The translations under genes and the position numbers were made by a program. This document shows positions 39,122-49,659 of a stretch of 64,000 bases of DNA, in pieces; the first letter of the stretch is position 1; each line of letters begins with the position of its first letter. The DNA is from Gemmatimonadota bacterium (lineage in GTDB: Bacteria; Gemmatimonadota; Gemmatimonadetes; Palauibacterales; Palauibacteraceae). A model generated the notes under the pieces. It saw only the letters and a list, made by a program, of their open reading frames with translations, was not told the origin of the DNA and did not search any database. The stretch spans positions 4,035 to 68,034 of the forward strand of contig JBDHGL010000003.1 of NCBI GenBank assembly GCA_039589875.1. The letters are read 5' to 3'.

Positions 39122-40012
39122 GTGGCTGAGATCAAAAAGGTTGGGGTCGTCGGAGCGGGCCTCATGGGCAGCGGGATTGCGCAGGTCTGTGCGGCTGCCG
39201 GTTACGAGACGACTGTCCGAGAGGTGGACCAGGCGGCGCTGGACGCTGGCCTAGCGGCTATACGGAAGGGCCTGGACCGGGCCGTCAAGAAGGAAAAGCT
39301 GACGGCCGAAGCGCGCGATGAGACGTTGTCTCGGTTGCAGGGGACCCTCGATCTGGACGAGCTTGCCGACAGTGGCCTCGTAATCGAGGCCATCATCGAG
39401 GATCTGGACGCGAAAAACGGGCTTTTCGCCATCCTCGACGACGCATGCCCTGCGGAGACGATCCTGGCTTCCAATACCTCTAGCCTGACGATTACCGAGA
39501 TGGCGGCCGGTACCGCACGCCCTGACCGCTTCGTTGGACTCCACTTCTTCAACCCGGTTCCCGTGATGCCGCTCGTCGAGGTCGTACGAACCGGCGCGAC
39601 CTCCACGGAAACGCTCGATAGGGCAATGGACTTTGCGCGATCGGTCGGGAAGACGCCGATCGCCTGCCGGGACAACTCCGGCTTCATCGTCAATCGTCTG
39701 CTCGTACCGTACATGCTGGACGCCATACGGGCATACGAGGAGGGGCTTGGCTCGATCGAGGACATCGACACCGGGATGCGGTTGGGCTGCGGCTACCCGA
39801 TGGGCCCGTTCACTCTATCCGACTTCGTCGGGAACGACACGCTATATCTGATCACCGAGATCATGTTCAACGAATACCGGGAAAAACGCTTTGCGCCACC
39901 ACCGCTGCTTCGACGGATGTATCTCGCTGGCTACAACGGTCGAAAGAGCGGCAAGGGCTTCTACGACTACAGCGGCGAGGAGCCTGTCGTGAGCGACTTC
40001 GTGAAACACTAG
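39122..40012 (+). CDS. hbd: 3-hydroxybutyryl-CoA / 3-hydroxyacyl-CoA dehydrogenase
   Basis: GAGLMGSGIA, IEAIIE, SNTSS, GLHFFNP, GFIVNR, PMGP, GRKSGKGFY. GGAGG RBS. Confidence 0.92.
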   Translation: MAEIKKVGVVGAGLMGSGIAQVCAAAGYETTVREVDQAALDAGLAAIRKGLDRAVKKEKLTAEARDETLSRLQGTLDLDELADSGLVIEAIIEDLDAKNGLFAILDDACPAETILASNTSSLTITEMAAGTARPDRFVGLHFFNPVPVMPLVEVVRTGATSTETLDRAMDFARSVGKTPIACRDNSGFIVNRLLVPYMLDAIRAYEEGLGSIEDIDTGMRLGCGYPMGPFTLSDFVGNDTLYLITEIMFNEYREKRFAPPPLLRRMYLAGYNGRKSGKGFYDYSGEEPVVSDFVKH

Positions 40013-40121
40013 TTTTCGTTGCTGCGCAAGGACTTTCGGCTTACTTTAAGAGATCGGAAAACGCTGTCCCGCAACCGACCATCCGAAGAGCCGAACAGGG
40101 GCCGATTCGCCGACTGACACA

Positions 40122-41240
40122 ACTATCATCAAGGCACTCCGCCTCCGCCACTTTCGGAACTTCCCGGAGCTCGATTGTGAGTTCCCGGCGCCCGGTGTCG
40201 CTATCGTCGGCCCCAACGGTTCAGGCAAGACGAACCTCCTGGAGGCGATCTACTATCTCGGCGTTTTTCGCTCCTTTCGGGGCGCTCCGGACGCCGAGCT
40301 CGTGAGGCTCGCGGACGAAGCCTTTCGGATCGAGGGTACGCTGGAGGGTCCGGACGGCGAGGAGAAGATCGCCGCAGCTTACGAGAGGAGCACCAGGCGG
40401 AAAAAGGTAGAGGTCAACGGCGTCGAGGTAGAGCGGCTCTCGTCCGCGATCGGGAAGTTCGCCGTTGTGGCGTTCAGCCTGGCCGACGTCCATCTGATCA
40501 GCGGGCCGCCCGCGGCACGCCGACGGTTCCTGGACATCTTGCTCTCGCTCGCACGGCCCGGCTACCTCGCCGCCCTGCAGCGGTGCCGGACGCTGTTGGC
40601 TCAGCGAAACCAGGCCTTGCGCAACGGCGCGGCAGCCGCTGAGCTCGAGCCTTGGACGGTAGGGTTGGCCAGTGCGGGCGCACCGGTCATGAAGGCTCGG
40701 GCGGACTGGGCGGCTCATCAGTCTGACGCATTTGCCCGCTACCACGGGGTGATCTCCGGGGCGCCCGGAGCCGCACTGGAATATCTGCCGTCGTTCGATC
40801 CGACAGAGGGTGATTCCGACGTCTCCGGCTGGGAGGCACGATTCCGTGAAGCTCTCGCGGCGGCGGAAGAGCGCGAGCGACAGCAGGGGAGGACGCTGGT
40901 GGGTCCGCATAGGGATGACGTCGCCTTGAAGGCTCCAGTGGCCGACGAAGAGGAGCGCGCCATCCGCCGTTTCGGCTCCGGAGGCCAGCAACGCACGGCC
41001 GCCCTAGCCCTCCGGCTGGTGGAGGCCGACACACTGCAAGACCAGGCTGGCACCGAACCGGTGTACCTGTTGGACGATGTCTTCGCGGAGCTTGATGCCC
41101 AGCGGTCGGAGCGCCTCGTAGAGCTGCTCGAAGACGGACGTGCCGGCCAGGTTGTCCTCACGGCACCCAAGCCGTCTGACAGCCCATTGAGCGAGGGTAT
41201 GGAGCAGTGGCAGGTCAGCAACGGAAGGTTGGTGGCGTGA
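40122..41240 (+). CDS. recF: DNA replication/repair protein RecF (start codon unresolved)
   Basis: The frame is open upstream of the track start: IIKALRLRHFRNF..GPNGSGKTNLLEAIY..SFRG, GPPAARRRFLD, GPHRDD, SGGQQR, LLDDVFAELD. Confidence 0.92.
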   Translation, partial: TIIKALRLRHFRNFPELDCEFPAPGVAIVGPNGSGKTNLLEAIYYLGVFRSFRGAPDAELVRLADEAFRIEGTLEGPDGEEKIAAAYERSTRRKKVEVNGVEVERLSSAIGKFAVVAFSLADVHLISGPPAARRRFLDILLSLARPGYLAALQRCRTLLAQRNQALRNGAAAAELEPWTVGLASAGAPVMKARADWAAHQSDAFARYHGVISGAPGAALEYLPSFDPTEGDSDVSGWEARFREALAAAEERERQQGRTLVGPHRDDVALKAPVADEEERAIRRFGSGGQQRTAALALRLVEADTLQDQAGTEPVYLLDDVFAELDAQRSERLVELLEDGRAGQVVLTAPKPSDSPLSEGMEQWQVSNGRLVA

Positions 41241-41584
41241 GCCGGCGTTCGCCCGGTACCGTTGGTGAAGGCCAGCCCACCGAGAAGGCCGCGCCCGAAC
41301 GGGTAGGCTCGCTGATCGAAGGCCTATTCGACCGCCTCGGCGTCACCGAACGGGTGGAACGAGCCGGCGTGGCGGCTGACTGGGAGCGGCTCGTGGGCCC
41401 TCACATCGCGCGGGTGACGAGGGATACTCGGGCTAGCGGTTCAACGCTGTTCGTCGAGGTGGTGAGCGCCGCGTGGCTTACCGAGCTCAACATGATGCGT
41501 CACGAGCTGCTCCGCCGGATCAACGCCGGGCGAACGCGAGGCAGGATCGAGAGGATCGTGTTTTTGCAGGCAGGAAAGGAATAG
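41237..41584 (+). CDS. DUF721/DciA family protein
   Basis: W..LVG..IA.VT....G.TLFVEV.SAAW.TEL. Canonical position between recF and gyrB. Confidence 0.85.
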   Translation: MSRRSPGTVGEGQPTEKAAPERVGSLIEGLFDRLGVTERVERAGVAADWERLVGPHIARVTRDTRASGSTLFVEVVSAAWLTELNMMRHELLRRINAGRTRGRIERIVFLQAGKE

Positions 41585-43558
41585 ATGGCCAAGACAGCAA
41601 TAGCGGCGAAGAAGGCGGCCGCCAAGAAGTCGGGCAACGATGCCGGGAACGACTATACCTCGAGGCAGATCCAAGTTCTCAAGGGTCTCGAGGCGGTCCG
41701 CAAACGGCCGGGGATGTACATCGGATCCACGTCGGCTCGGGGTCTCCATCACCTGGTCTACGAGGTGGTGGACAATTCGATCGACGAGGCCATGGCCGGC
41801 TTCTGCAGCGAGATCGAAGTGACCATCGCCAATGACAACTCGGTGACCGTCCGCGACAATGGCCGCGGGATCCCGGTGGACGAACACCCGACGGAGAAGC
41901 TCCCAGGGGTCGAGGTGGCGCTCACGACGCTCCACGCGGGCGGAAAGTTCGACAAGAGCAGCTATAAGGTGAGTGGCGGGCTGCATGGTGTTGGTGTCTC
42001 CGTCGTCAACGCGCTCACCGAGTCGCTCGCGGTCAGGGTGGCGCGGGATGGCTTCGTGTGGCGGCAGAGGTTCGAGCGCGGGCTGAAGGCCAGCGAGCTC
42101 GAGAAAGAGGAGAAGACGGACGAGACCGGGACCGAGATAAGCTTCAAGCCAGATCCCGAGATCTTCACCGAGATCCACTACCACTTCGACCAGCTCGCTG
42201 GTCGCCTGCGCGAGCTGGCGTACTTGAACCGCGGCGTAAAGATCGTGCTGCGTGACGAGCGCGAGGAGAACGGAGAGGGCCCGCGCGAGGAGAGCTTCCA
42301 CTTCGAGGGCGGCATCTCGGAGTTCGTCGTCTATCTGCGCGGGAACAAGACCGCGCTGCACCCGGACGTGATTTACGTCGGCGGCTCTCAGGACGACGTC
42401 GAGGTCGAGCTCGCGATGCAGTACAACGACGGCTACAACGAGGACACGTTCACCTTCGTGAACAACATCAACACGCACGAGGGCGGAACCCACCTAACGG
42501 GCTTCAAAGCGGCCCTCACTCGCACGATCAACAGCTATGGTGACAAGAACGGCCTGTTGAAAAAGGGCGATCTGGGCCTCTCGGGTGACGATGTGCGCGA
42601 GGGGCTGACCGCGGTGCTCTCCGTCAAGGTGCTCGAGCCCCAGTTCGAGGGGCAGACGAAGACGAAGCTGGGCAACAGCGAAGTCCGCGGCATCGTCGAG
42701 AGCCTGGTGAACGACAAGCTCAACACCTGGCTCGAGGAGCATCCGTCCGCCGGCCGCACGGTCATCGAGAAGGCGGTGCAGGCGGCGCGGGCGCGCGATG
42801 CCGCGAGGAAGGCACGCGACCTCACGCGCAAGCGCTCCGCTCTCGAGACGGGCATTCTTCCCGGGAAGCTGGCGGATTGCTCCGTCACGGATTCGTCGAT
42901 CTCGGAGCTCTACCTCGTCGAGGGGGATTCGGCGGGCGGGACTGCGAAGCAGGGCAGGGACAGGACATTCCAAGCGATCCTTCCGCTGCGCGGCAAGATC
43001 CTCAACGTGGAGAAGGCACGGATCGACAAGGTGTTGTCGAACGAAGAGATCCGGGCGATGATTACGGCGATCGGCACCGGGATCGGTGACGATTTCGATC
43101 TCGAGAACGCCCGCTATCACAAGACAATCCTGATGACGGACGCCGATGTGGATGGCGCTCACATTCGTACGCTGCTCCTCACTTTCTTCTTCCGGCAGAT
43201 GAAAGAGCTGATCGAAGCCGGCTACATTTATATCGCCCAGCCACCGCTCTACCGCATTCAGAAGGGAAAGAAGGAGTTTTACTGCTATTCGGACGCCGAG
43301 CGGGATGAGATCGTCGCCAAGCTCGACGGGTCGAAGGGCGGGTTGAACCTGCAGCGCTACAAGGGGCTCGGCGAGATGAACGCCGACCAGCTTTGGGATA
43401 CGACGATGAACCCGGAGAAGCGCACGCTTCTCCGGGTGACGATCGACGAGGCTACGGAAGCCTCGCTCCTGTTCGAGCGGCTGATGGGCGAGGAGGTGGA
43501 GCCGCGCCGCGAGTTTATCGAGAAGAACGCGCGCTACGTGCGCAATCTCGACGTCTGA
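41585..43558 (+). CDS. gyrB: DNA gyrase subunit B
   Basis: [59 protein letters not shown]. Confidence 0.97.
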   Translation: MAKTAIAAKKAAAKKSGNDAGNDYTSRQIQVLKGLEAVRKRPGMYIGSTSARGLHHLVYEVVDNSIDEAMAGFCSEIEVTIANDNSVTVRDNGRGIPVDEHPTEKLPGVEVALTTLHAGGKFDKSSYKVSGGLHGVGVSVVNALTESLAVRVARDGFVWRQRFERGLKASELEKEEKTDETGTEISFKPDPEIFTEIHYHFDQLAGRLRELAYLNRGVKIVLRDEREENGEGPREESFHFEGGISEFVVYLRGNKTALHPDVIYVGGSQDDVEVELAMQYNDGYNEDTFTFVNNINTHEGGTHLTGFKAALTRTINSYGDKNGLLKKGDLGLSGDDVREGLTAVLSVKVLEPQFEGQTKTKLGNSEVRGIVESLVNDKLNTWLEEHPSAGRTVIEKAVQAARARDAARKARDLTRKRSALETGILPGKLADCSVTDSSISELYLVEGDSAGGTAKQGRDRTFQAILPLRGKILNVEKARIDKVLSNEEIRAMITAIGTGIGDDFDLENARYHKTILMTDADVDGAHIRTLLLTFFFRQMKELIEAGYIYIAQPPLYRIQKGKKEFYCYSDAERDEIVAKLDGSKGGLNLQRYKGLGEMNADQLWDTTMNPEKRTLLRVTIDEATEASLLFERLMGEEVEPRREFIEKNARYVRNLDV

Positions 43559-43615
43559 GACCGGGTCCGAACGCCGAGCCCGCTCGGCCACGGGGAATCC
43601 TCCCGAGCTAAGCAA

Positions 43616-44599
43616 ATGGAAACCAAGCGACCGACGGTACCAGCCGCCGAGGAGATACTAGGCCTCTACCACCCGGTGCTCGATCACGGCTTCGTTGCGC
43701 TGATCGACTACATGGGCTCGGACGAGAGCATCGAGCGGGCGGCCAGAGTCAGCTACGGGTACGGCACGCGGAAGCGCAGCCAGACACGGGGCCTCGTCCG
43801 TTACCTCCGCCGCCATTTGCATACCACTCCGAGCGAGATGGTCGAGTTCAAGTTCCACTGCGCGATGCCGATCTTCGTGGCGCGACAGTGGATCCGACAT
43901 CGGATGGCCTCCGTGAACGAGTACAGCGGTCGATACAGCCTGATGCCGCTGCTCTTCTATCGCCCCGACCATGCCCAGGTTGCCACTCAGAGCGCGGCTA
44001 ACCGGCAAGGGAGGGAGGAGGAATCCGTGGGTGAAGAGGTCTATCGGCTGGCCGTTGAGCGTTGGGAGGAGGCGCGCCTCACGGCGGCCGACGCCTACGA
44101 GTGGTTGCTGGCCGAGGACGTGGCGCGCGAACTGGCACGCATCGATCTGCCGCTGTCGACCTACACTCAGTGGTACTGGAAGATAGACCTACACAACCTG
44201 ATTCACTTTCTTACGCTCCGGGTCGATCCGCACGCCCAGTGGGAAATCCAGCAGTATGGCCGGGTCATGGCCGGAATGCTGAAGCGTGTTGCGCCTCTGA
44301 GCTACGAGGCCTGGATCGATTACCAGGTGTGCGGCAGCCGTGTCAGCCACGCAGAGTTGGAGGCGATCAGGAGGCTGCTGCAGCCCAGTGGTGGCGGGAT
44401 CGCGGTCCGCGGAGAGCCCGCGGCCTTGGGAGCCGAGGATCTGGCCGACTTCGGGCTGTCGAAGCGGGAGGCGAGGGAGCTACTCGAGAAGCTCGAACCG
44501 GTCGAGCAGCCGGACTTCGAGCTCGATCTGAGCGCGTTCGGGAAGCCCGAGGATTTCGAAGAGAGGTTGGCTCGAGCCGTGCCGGGAGATTTCGATTGA
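43616..44599 (+). CDS. thyX: FAD-dependent thymidylate synthase
   Basis: AARVSY, H.TP.E, RQWIRHRMASVNEYSGRY, ELAR, HAQWEI. Confidence 0.95.
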   Translation: METKRPTVPAAEEILGLYHPVLDHGFVALIDYMGSDESIERAARVSYGYGTRKRSQTRGLVRYLRRHLHTTPSEMVEFKFHCAMPIFVARQWIRHRMASVNEYSGRYSLMPLLFYRPDHAQVATQSAANRQGREEESVGEEVYRLAVERWEEARLTAADAYEWLLAEDVARELARIDLPLSTYTQWYWKIDLHNLIHFLTLRVDPHAQWEIQQYGRVMAGMLKRVAPLSYEAWIDYQVCGSRVSHAELEAIRRLLQPSGGGIAVRGEPAALGAEDLADFGLSKREARELLEKLEPVEQPDFELDLSAFGKPEDFEERLARAVPGDFD

Positions 44600-44600
44600 T

Positions 44601-45443
44601 TCAGCGCAGACAGGCGGGGGCCAGCTGCTGTGGGGTGAGCGAGCAGGTGTAGAGGTTCACCAGAAAAGCGAGCTGGGCCACCGTCGGCTGAGCGGCCGCC
44701 AACGGGACGTAGTACCGGAGGAACTTCGCGATCTCGCTGCGGGTCCTCTGCTCCCGGCGGGCTGCAGTTCCCACATCAAAGCCGATATTGAAGCTGATTT
44801 CCGTGTAGAAGCGCGTCGATTCAAGCACACTTCGCGTGTCAGGTGAGACCACCACGCGCGAATTCACCTGCTGTGGCATCCCTCCAGGCTGAACGTGATC
44901 CGGCAGGAAGTAGGTGACCCACCGTCCGTCGCTCTCCCGAAAGATGTGTGGGTAGAAGGTGATTTGCGGCGGCTCGAACGCGTTCAGCGCCGTGACCAGC
45001 GCCATCGCTGCGCCGGATACCGACTCGTCAGCCGGCACATCTTCCGGATAGGTGGCGACGACGAACTCCTCGCTCCCGGGCGCGGTTTGGATGACCTCGT
45101 ACGCAACCATGAACCGCCTGCGCTGGAAGTCCAGCGATCCGAAATAGACCCGCCAGACCAGGTCGTCGCCCCTTTGGGTGACATAGAGAGTGATACGGCT
45201 CGGCTCGGGGTTGGCTTCGTCGAGCGCCTGGAGGGCTCTTCTGAGGGCGAAGTTCTGCTCGGCAATCCGTCGACCCTCTACGGCCGGCCGCTGCACGGTT
45301 TGCGGCGCTGCCACCGGCTGTATTTCCTGCGCCACGCCTTGCGTCACCAGCAGAAGGATGCCCGAGGCGATCGCGGCGCCGCCGCTGCCTCGGCAGGCAC
45401 CCGAATACCGGCTCGACGTGCCGTGCCGGAACCACTGTATCAT
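44601..45443 (-). CDS. Hypothetical exported protein
   Basis: Signal-like GAAIASGILLLVTQGVAQ followed by a globular region. Start uncertain. Confidence 0.55.
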   Translation of the reverse strand: MIQWFRHGTSSRYSGACRGSGGAAIASGILLLVTQGVAQEIQPVAAPQTVQRPAVEGRRIAEQNFALRRALQALDEANPEPSRITLYVTQRGDDLVWRVYFGSLDFQRRRFMVAYEVIQTAPGSEEFVVATYPEDVPADESVSGAAMALVTALNAFEPPQITFYPHIFRESDGRWVTYFLPDHVQPGGMPQQVNSRVVVSPDTRSVLESTRFYTEISFNIGFDVGTAARREQRTRSEIAKFLRYYVPLAAAQPTVAQLAFLVNLYTCSLTPQQLAPACLR

Positions 45444-45597
45444 GAAGCTCGCTCCGGCCCCATGTTCTCGTTTCCTCCCGCCGTTACTGCCGTTTCGGCA
45501 CCCGCTGACAACTGCCGAAGAATAGGTGACCGGCCGCGGCGGGACAACTTCAGAACTGCGGATACACCACTGTGCCCCGAACGGGCTACTCCCTGAT

Positions 45598-45752
45598 TCA
45601 GGGGGAAGGAGGCACGAATACATCCTCGGGCAAGTCGAGGCTCGCGGTCACGTCCATGAAGTAAATCCGGGTGTCGCCCACGTCCCAGCGGCGGTCGCGG
45701 CCAGGGTGGCCGCCAGCGCCGTGATTCCCAGCGCGCTCGATGGTTTCAGCAT
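45598..45752 (-). pseudogene. Possible internally deleted remnant of an exported-protein gene
   Basis: Signal peptide MLKPSSALGITALAATLAATAA after a GGAG RBS; a different frame gives the C-terminal-like WDVGDTRIYFMDVTASLDLPEDVFVPPSP*. Confidence 0.3.
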
Positions 45753-45800
45753 GGCACGCTCCGCTCGTTTGCGGCGCTCGTCATGGGAGCCTCGCGCCGT

Positions 45801-48332
45801 TCATCGATCGGCCGCCAGCTCTAACTGCGCCTGAATCCGGCTATCGCCGGCTTCCGTCGCGGTCTCTGAGCCGGGCTCGCCATCCTCGGCCTGCTCGGTA
45901 GTCGTCTCGGCGGCTCGAGCGGCAGCGCGGAGGTGAACAGCGCGGACTGCCGGCTCCTCCTCCATGTCTGCGAGAGCCAAAACGGTCGCCGCTCGCCTTC
46001 CGCGAGGCTTCAAGCGATCGGTGCTAGTGAGCACGAGATCGCCGGATTCGAGCTCCCAGGCGATCTCGTCCTCGCCATTTAGCTCGACGAGCTCGACGAG
46101 ATCTCCGGCCTTGTCGCGGTTCGGCAGGACCGTAACGCCCTTCCCGGCACGTGACTGTACTCGAAGCTCGGTAAGCGGCAGGCGCTTCACGTGACCGAGA
46201 CGAGTGGCCAGACAGAAGCTCGTGTCTCTTCGCGGTGCCCTCGCCGCCACGACCTCGTCGCCGGGAGCCAGGTCGATCGCTCTCACGCCCCGTGCGCTCC
46301 GGCCCATCGGTCGAGCCTCTTGCTCGGGGAATCGGATCGCCTGGCCATGGCGCGTGGCCAGCACGAGCTCGCTCGATCCATCGGTGACCAGCGCCGCGAT
46401 CAGTTTGTCGCCCCCCAAGAGCCCTGCGCCGATGATCCCACCGGCTCGCGCGTTCGCGTACTCCGTGAGCTCGGTTCGCTTCACCTGTCCCGTTCGAGTC
46501 ACTGTCACGAGGTAGCGGTCTGCCCACTCATCGACGTGCGTAGTCGAGACGATTCGATCGCTCTCCTTGAGATCGAGATAATCGGAAAGCGGTCGCCCCC
46601 GTGAGCTCCGGGTCTCGAGGGGAAGCGATGATAGCGGGACGGTATGGGCCGCGCCGCTCGAGGTCACGACGAGCATATGATCTTGTCCCCGACACAAGAA
46701 CGCCCGCTTTGCAAAGTCACCCACTCTTCCCGTGAGCGCTTCGGCGCCAGACAGCCCGGCTCCGGCTCGGGCTGGCAGAGCTTTTATGTAACCCAGACGG
46801 CTCAGCAGCACGAGCACCGCGCCTGAAGCGCCTGCCGTCGGCAACGGAAACTCGTCCGTCTCGAGGATTTCGGTGCGCCGTCCGTCGCCGAACGTGGCGG
46901 TGAGCTCGGCCAGCTCCTCGCGAAGATGGCGCTTTCGCACCGATTCCATGTCGACGAGCTTGCGCAGCTGTTCGATTCGCGTTCCCAGATCCTCGAGTTC
47001 CGCGCGCAGCTTCCGGTGCTCCAGAGCCGTGAGCCGAGAGAGTCGCATAGCGAGAATCGCTTCGGCCTGTGGCTCCGTCAGCCTGAGCTCTTTTTGCAGC
47101 TTGTTGGAGGCGGAGCTCGGATTCCGTGAGCCGCGGACGATCTCGATCACGCGGTCGATCGCGTCCAGCGCTGCGAGAAGACCTTGGACGACATGTGCGC
47201 GGTCTTCCGAGCGCTTCAGCAGAAAGTCGGCCCGGCGGCGGATCACGTCGAGCCGGAAATCGACAAAGGCCTGAAGAGCCTCCTTCAGGTTCATCTCGCG
47301 CGGTCGTCCCTCCCGGAGCGCGAGCATGATCACACCGAACGTCGTACGGAGCTGGGTCTTCTTGAACAGCGTCTTGGTCACCGCACGGGGATCCGCCTCG
47401 CGCTTCAGCTCGATCACCAGTCGAATACCATCCCGGTCCGACTCGTCTCTCAGGTCGCTGATCGCATCCGACCGCCCCTGCCGCACCATCTTCGTGATCT
47501 GCTCGATCACACGCGTCTTGTTCACTTGGTAGGGCAGCTCGGTGATGACGAGAAGGCTCTTGCCGTAGCCCCCCTGCTCGACGTGCATGCGCGCCCGCAT
47601 GTCGACCAGTCCGCGGCCCTTTCGATAGGCCTGGCCGATCCCCTGTCGACCCCAGATGTATGCGCCGGTGGGGAAATCAGGCCCCTGAACGAATTCGATC
47701 AGATCCTCGACGTCACAATCCGGGTGCGCGACCAAGTGGTCCGCTGCCGCGAGAAGCTCCCGCAGATTGTGGGGCGGGATCTTCGTGGCCATCCCCACCG
47801 CGATTCCATCCGACCCGTTCAGAAGCAAGTTGGGCAAGCGGGCCGGCAGCGTCTCTGGCTCTTCGAGTCGGCCGTCGAAGTTGGGTCGCCACTCGGCCGT
47901 GTCGAGCTCGATCTCGGAGAGCAGCTCGAGCGCGATCGGAGCGAGGCGAACTTCCGTGTATCGGTAGGCCGCCGCACTGTCGCCATCGATCGACCCGAAG
48001 TTGCCCTGTCCGTCCAGCAAGGGATATCGCAGGGAGAAATCCTGCACCATGCGAACGATCGTGTCGTAGACCGCGCTGTCCCCGTGCGGGTGGTACTTGC
48101 CGAGGACATCTCCCACCACGGTGGCGCTCTTCTTGTACGGCCGGTCCGGACGAAGCCCGAGCTCGTGCATCGCGTAGAGGATGCGGCGGTGCACCGGCTT
48201 CAGCCCGTCTCGGGCGTCAGGCAGGGCACGCTGAACGATGACGCTCATGGAGTAATCCATGAACGAGTCCCGCATCTCCTGCTCGATGAAGCGGGGGAGG
48301 ATTCTCTCCTGCTGCAGGGAGGGTTTCACCAC
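45801..48332 (-). CDS. Type IIA topoisomerase A subunit, GyrA/ParC paralog lacking the GyrA-box
   Basis: [34 protein letters not shown] catalytic Tyr, GPDFPT, beta-pinwheel CTD. Blade 1 reads [16 protein letters not shown] instead of QxRGGxG. Confidence 0.92.
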   Translation of the reverse strand: MVKPSLQQERILPRFIEQEMRDSFMDYSMSVIVQRALPDARDGLKPVHRRILYAMHELGLRPDRPYKKSATVVGDVLGKYHPHGDSAVYDTIVRMVQDFSLRYPLLDGQGNFGSIDGDSAAAYRYTEVRLAPIALELLSEIELDTAEWRPNFDGRLEEPETLPARLPNLLLNGSDGIAVGMATKIPPHNLRELLAAADHLVAHPDCDVEDLIEFVQGPDFPTGAYIWGRQGIGQAYRKGRGLVDMRARMHVEQGGYGKSLLVITELPYQVNKTRVIEQITKMVRQGRSDAISDLRDESDRDGIRLVIELKREADPRAVTKTLFKKTQLRTTFGVIMLALREGRPREMNLKEALQAFVDFRLDVIRRRADFLLKRSEDRAHVVQGLLAALDAIDRVIEIVRGSRNPSSASNKLQKELRLTEPQAEAILAMRLSRLTALEHRKLRAELEDLGTRIEQLRKLVDMESVRKRHLREELAELTATFGDGRRTEILETDEFPLPTAGASGAVLVLLSRLGYIKALPARAGAGLSGAEALTGRVGDFAKRAFLCRGQDHMLVVTSSGAAHTVPLSSLPLETRSSRGRPLSDYLDLKESDRIVSTTHVDEWADRYLVTVTRTGQVKRTELTEYANARAGGIIGAGLLGGDKLIAALVTDGSSELVLATRHGQAIRFPEQEARPMGRSARGVRAIDLAPGDEVVAARAPRRDTSFCLATRLGHVKRLPLTELRVQSRAGKGVTVLPNRDKAGDLVELVELNGEDEIAWELESGDLVLTSTDRLKPRGRRAATVLALADMEEEPAVRAVHLRAAARAAETTTEQAEDGEPGSETATEAGDSRIQAQLELAADR

Positions 48333-48502
48333 GGTCTCTCAACTCGGCGCAAAGGTGTCGGCTAGGTTTCGGTTCACTTTCGGTATAGCCCAAGATCCGA
48401 TCCCACGCAAATCTTGCTGCCGGGCTCCCCTTGCCGAGAAGCCGATCGACACGTAATGAGCGACGCGGAAAAGCCGTTCCAACACGCCGACAGGAGTACG
48501 CC

Positions 48503-49594
48503 GTGACCGACGATTACGATCTTCCGCTCGTCAGATCCGTCCTGCATCCCACCGACTTCTCCAAGGGGAGCGAGCACGCCTTCGCGCACGCCTTGGCGAT
48601 CGCGCTGATTCGCAAGACCAGCCTCACGCTCCTGCACGCCGGCGGCGATCGGTCGAAGAGCTGGGCGAGCTTCCCGTCCGTACGGAGAACGCTCGAGCGC
48701 TGGGGCATGTTGGAGCGTGGTAGCCCTCGCTCCGCGGTGTTCGATCAGCTGTCGGTCCGAGTGAAGAAGGTCGTCACCAAAAAGAAGAATTCGGTCGAAG
48801 CCTGCCTCGAGTACATGGACGAGCACCCGACCGACATGATCGTGCTGGCGACGCGGGGGCGGGCAGGCGCGCTGAAATGGATCAAGGGGTCGACCGGGGA
48901 GCACGTCGCGCGCCGGTCGGAAACCGTGTCTCTGTTTGTTCCTAAGAAGGGTCGCGGCTTCGTCTCCCCAGCCAACGGCAGCCTCAGCCTCCAGCGAATC
49001 CTGATCCCGATGGCGCACAACCCGAGCCCACAGCCTGCCGTCCAGTTCGCGGCTCGCGTCGCCAGGGTCGTAGGGGGCCAGGTCCAGGTTACACTCCTTC
49101 ATGTCGGCGACGCCGATGGTGTACCGAGGGTCACGCTGCCGGACGTGCCGGGCGTGGAATGGCGGACCGAGGTTCGCCAGGGAGATGCTCCGGGGCAGAT
49201 CGTGGCGGAGGCGGAGCGAATCGCGGCCAACGAGATCATCATGACGACGGATGGCCGCGATGTTCTCATTGATGCCTTGCGCGGCAGTCACACGGAGCGA
49301 GTGATTCGCCGGGCCTCCTGTCCGGTGCTTGCGCTCCCGGTCACCTGGACCGATGAGGCTGTCTCGGGTCGGCCCCTCGGGGATGTCGTCTACGAGGAGG
49401 AGCAGCGGGCGTCCCAGGCCTTGAAGAACACGTTTCGGGCCGCAGCCCGTGATCTGCACCCGGATCATGCGGGCGGTGGCGATGACGAGCGATCGGCGCG
49501 TACGGACCTGATGACCCGCGCGAATCAGGCGTACGAAAAAGGTGATATCGCCGAACTGAAGCGGCTCCGGAAGCGGTCTCCGAGCAAGGAGTAG
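48503..49594 (+). CDS. Tandem universal stress protein with C-terminal J-domain-like (HPD) module
   Basis: LHPTDFS..S..A, MIVLATRGR, GSTGEHV; a second USP repeat ending GSHTERVIRRASCPVL; tail FRAAARDLHPD..LMTRANQAY. AGGAG RBS. Confidence 0.85.
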   Translation: MTDDYDLPLVRSVLHPTDFSKGSEHAFAHALAIALIRKTSLTLLHAGGDRSKSWASFPSVRRTLERWGMLERGSPRSAVFDQLSVRVKKVVTKKKNSVEACLEYMDEHPTDMIVLATRGRAGALKWIKGSTGEHVARRSETVSLFVPKKGRGFVSPANGSLSLQRILIPMAHNPSPQPAVQFAARVARVVGGQVQVTLLHVGDADGVPRVTLPDVPGVEWRTEVRQGDAPGQIVAEAERIAANEIIMTTDGRDVLIDALRGSHTERVIRRASCPVLALPVTWTDEAVSGRPLGDVVYEEEQRASQALKNTFRAAARDLHPDHAGGGDDERSARTDLMTRANQAYEKGDIAELKRLRKRSPSKE

Positions 49595-49659
49595 GCGGCC
49601 ACCGGCCGACGACCCTATTCGGCGAGGATCCAGGCCGGCGGCAGGCGCCGCCGGGTTCC

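Noticed and set aside
41441-43615. Two long minus-strand ORFs (350 and 373 aa)
   Set aside because: Antisense shadows of gyrB.
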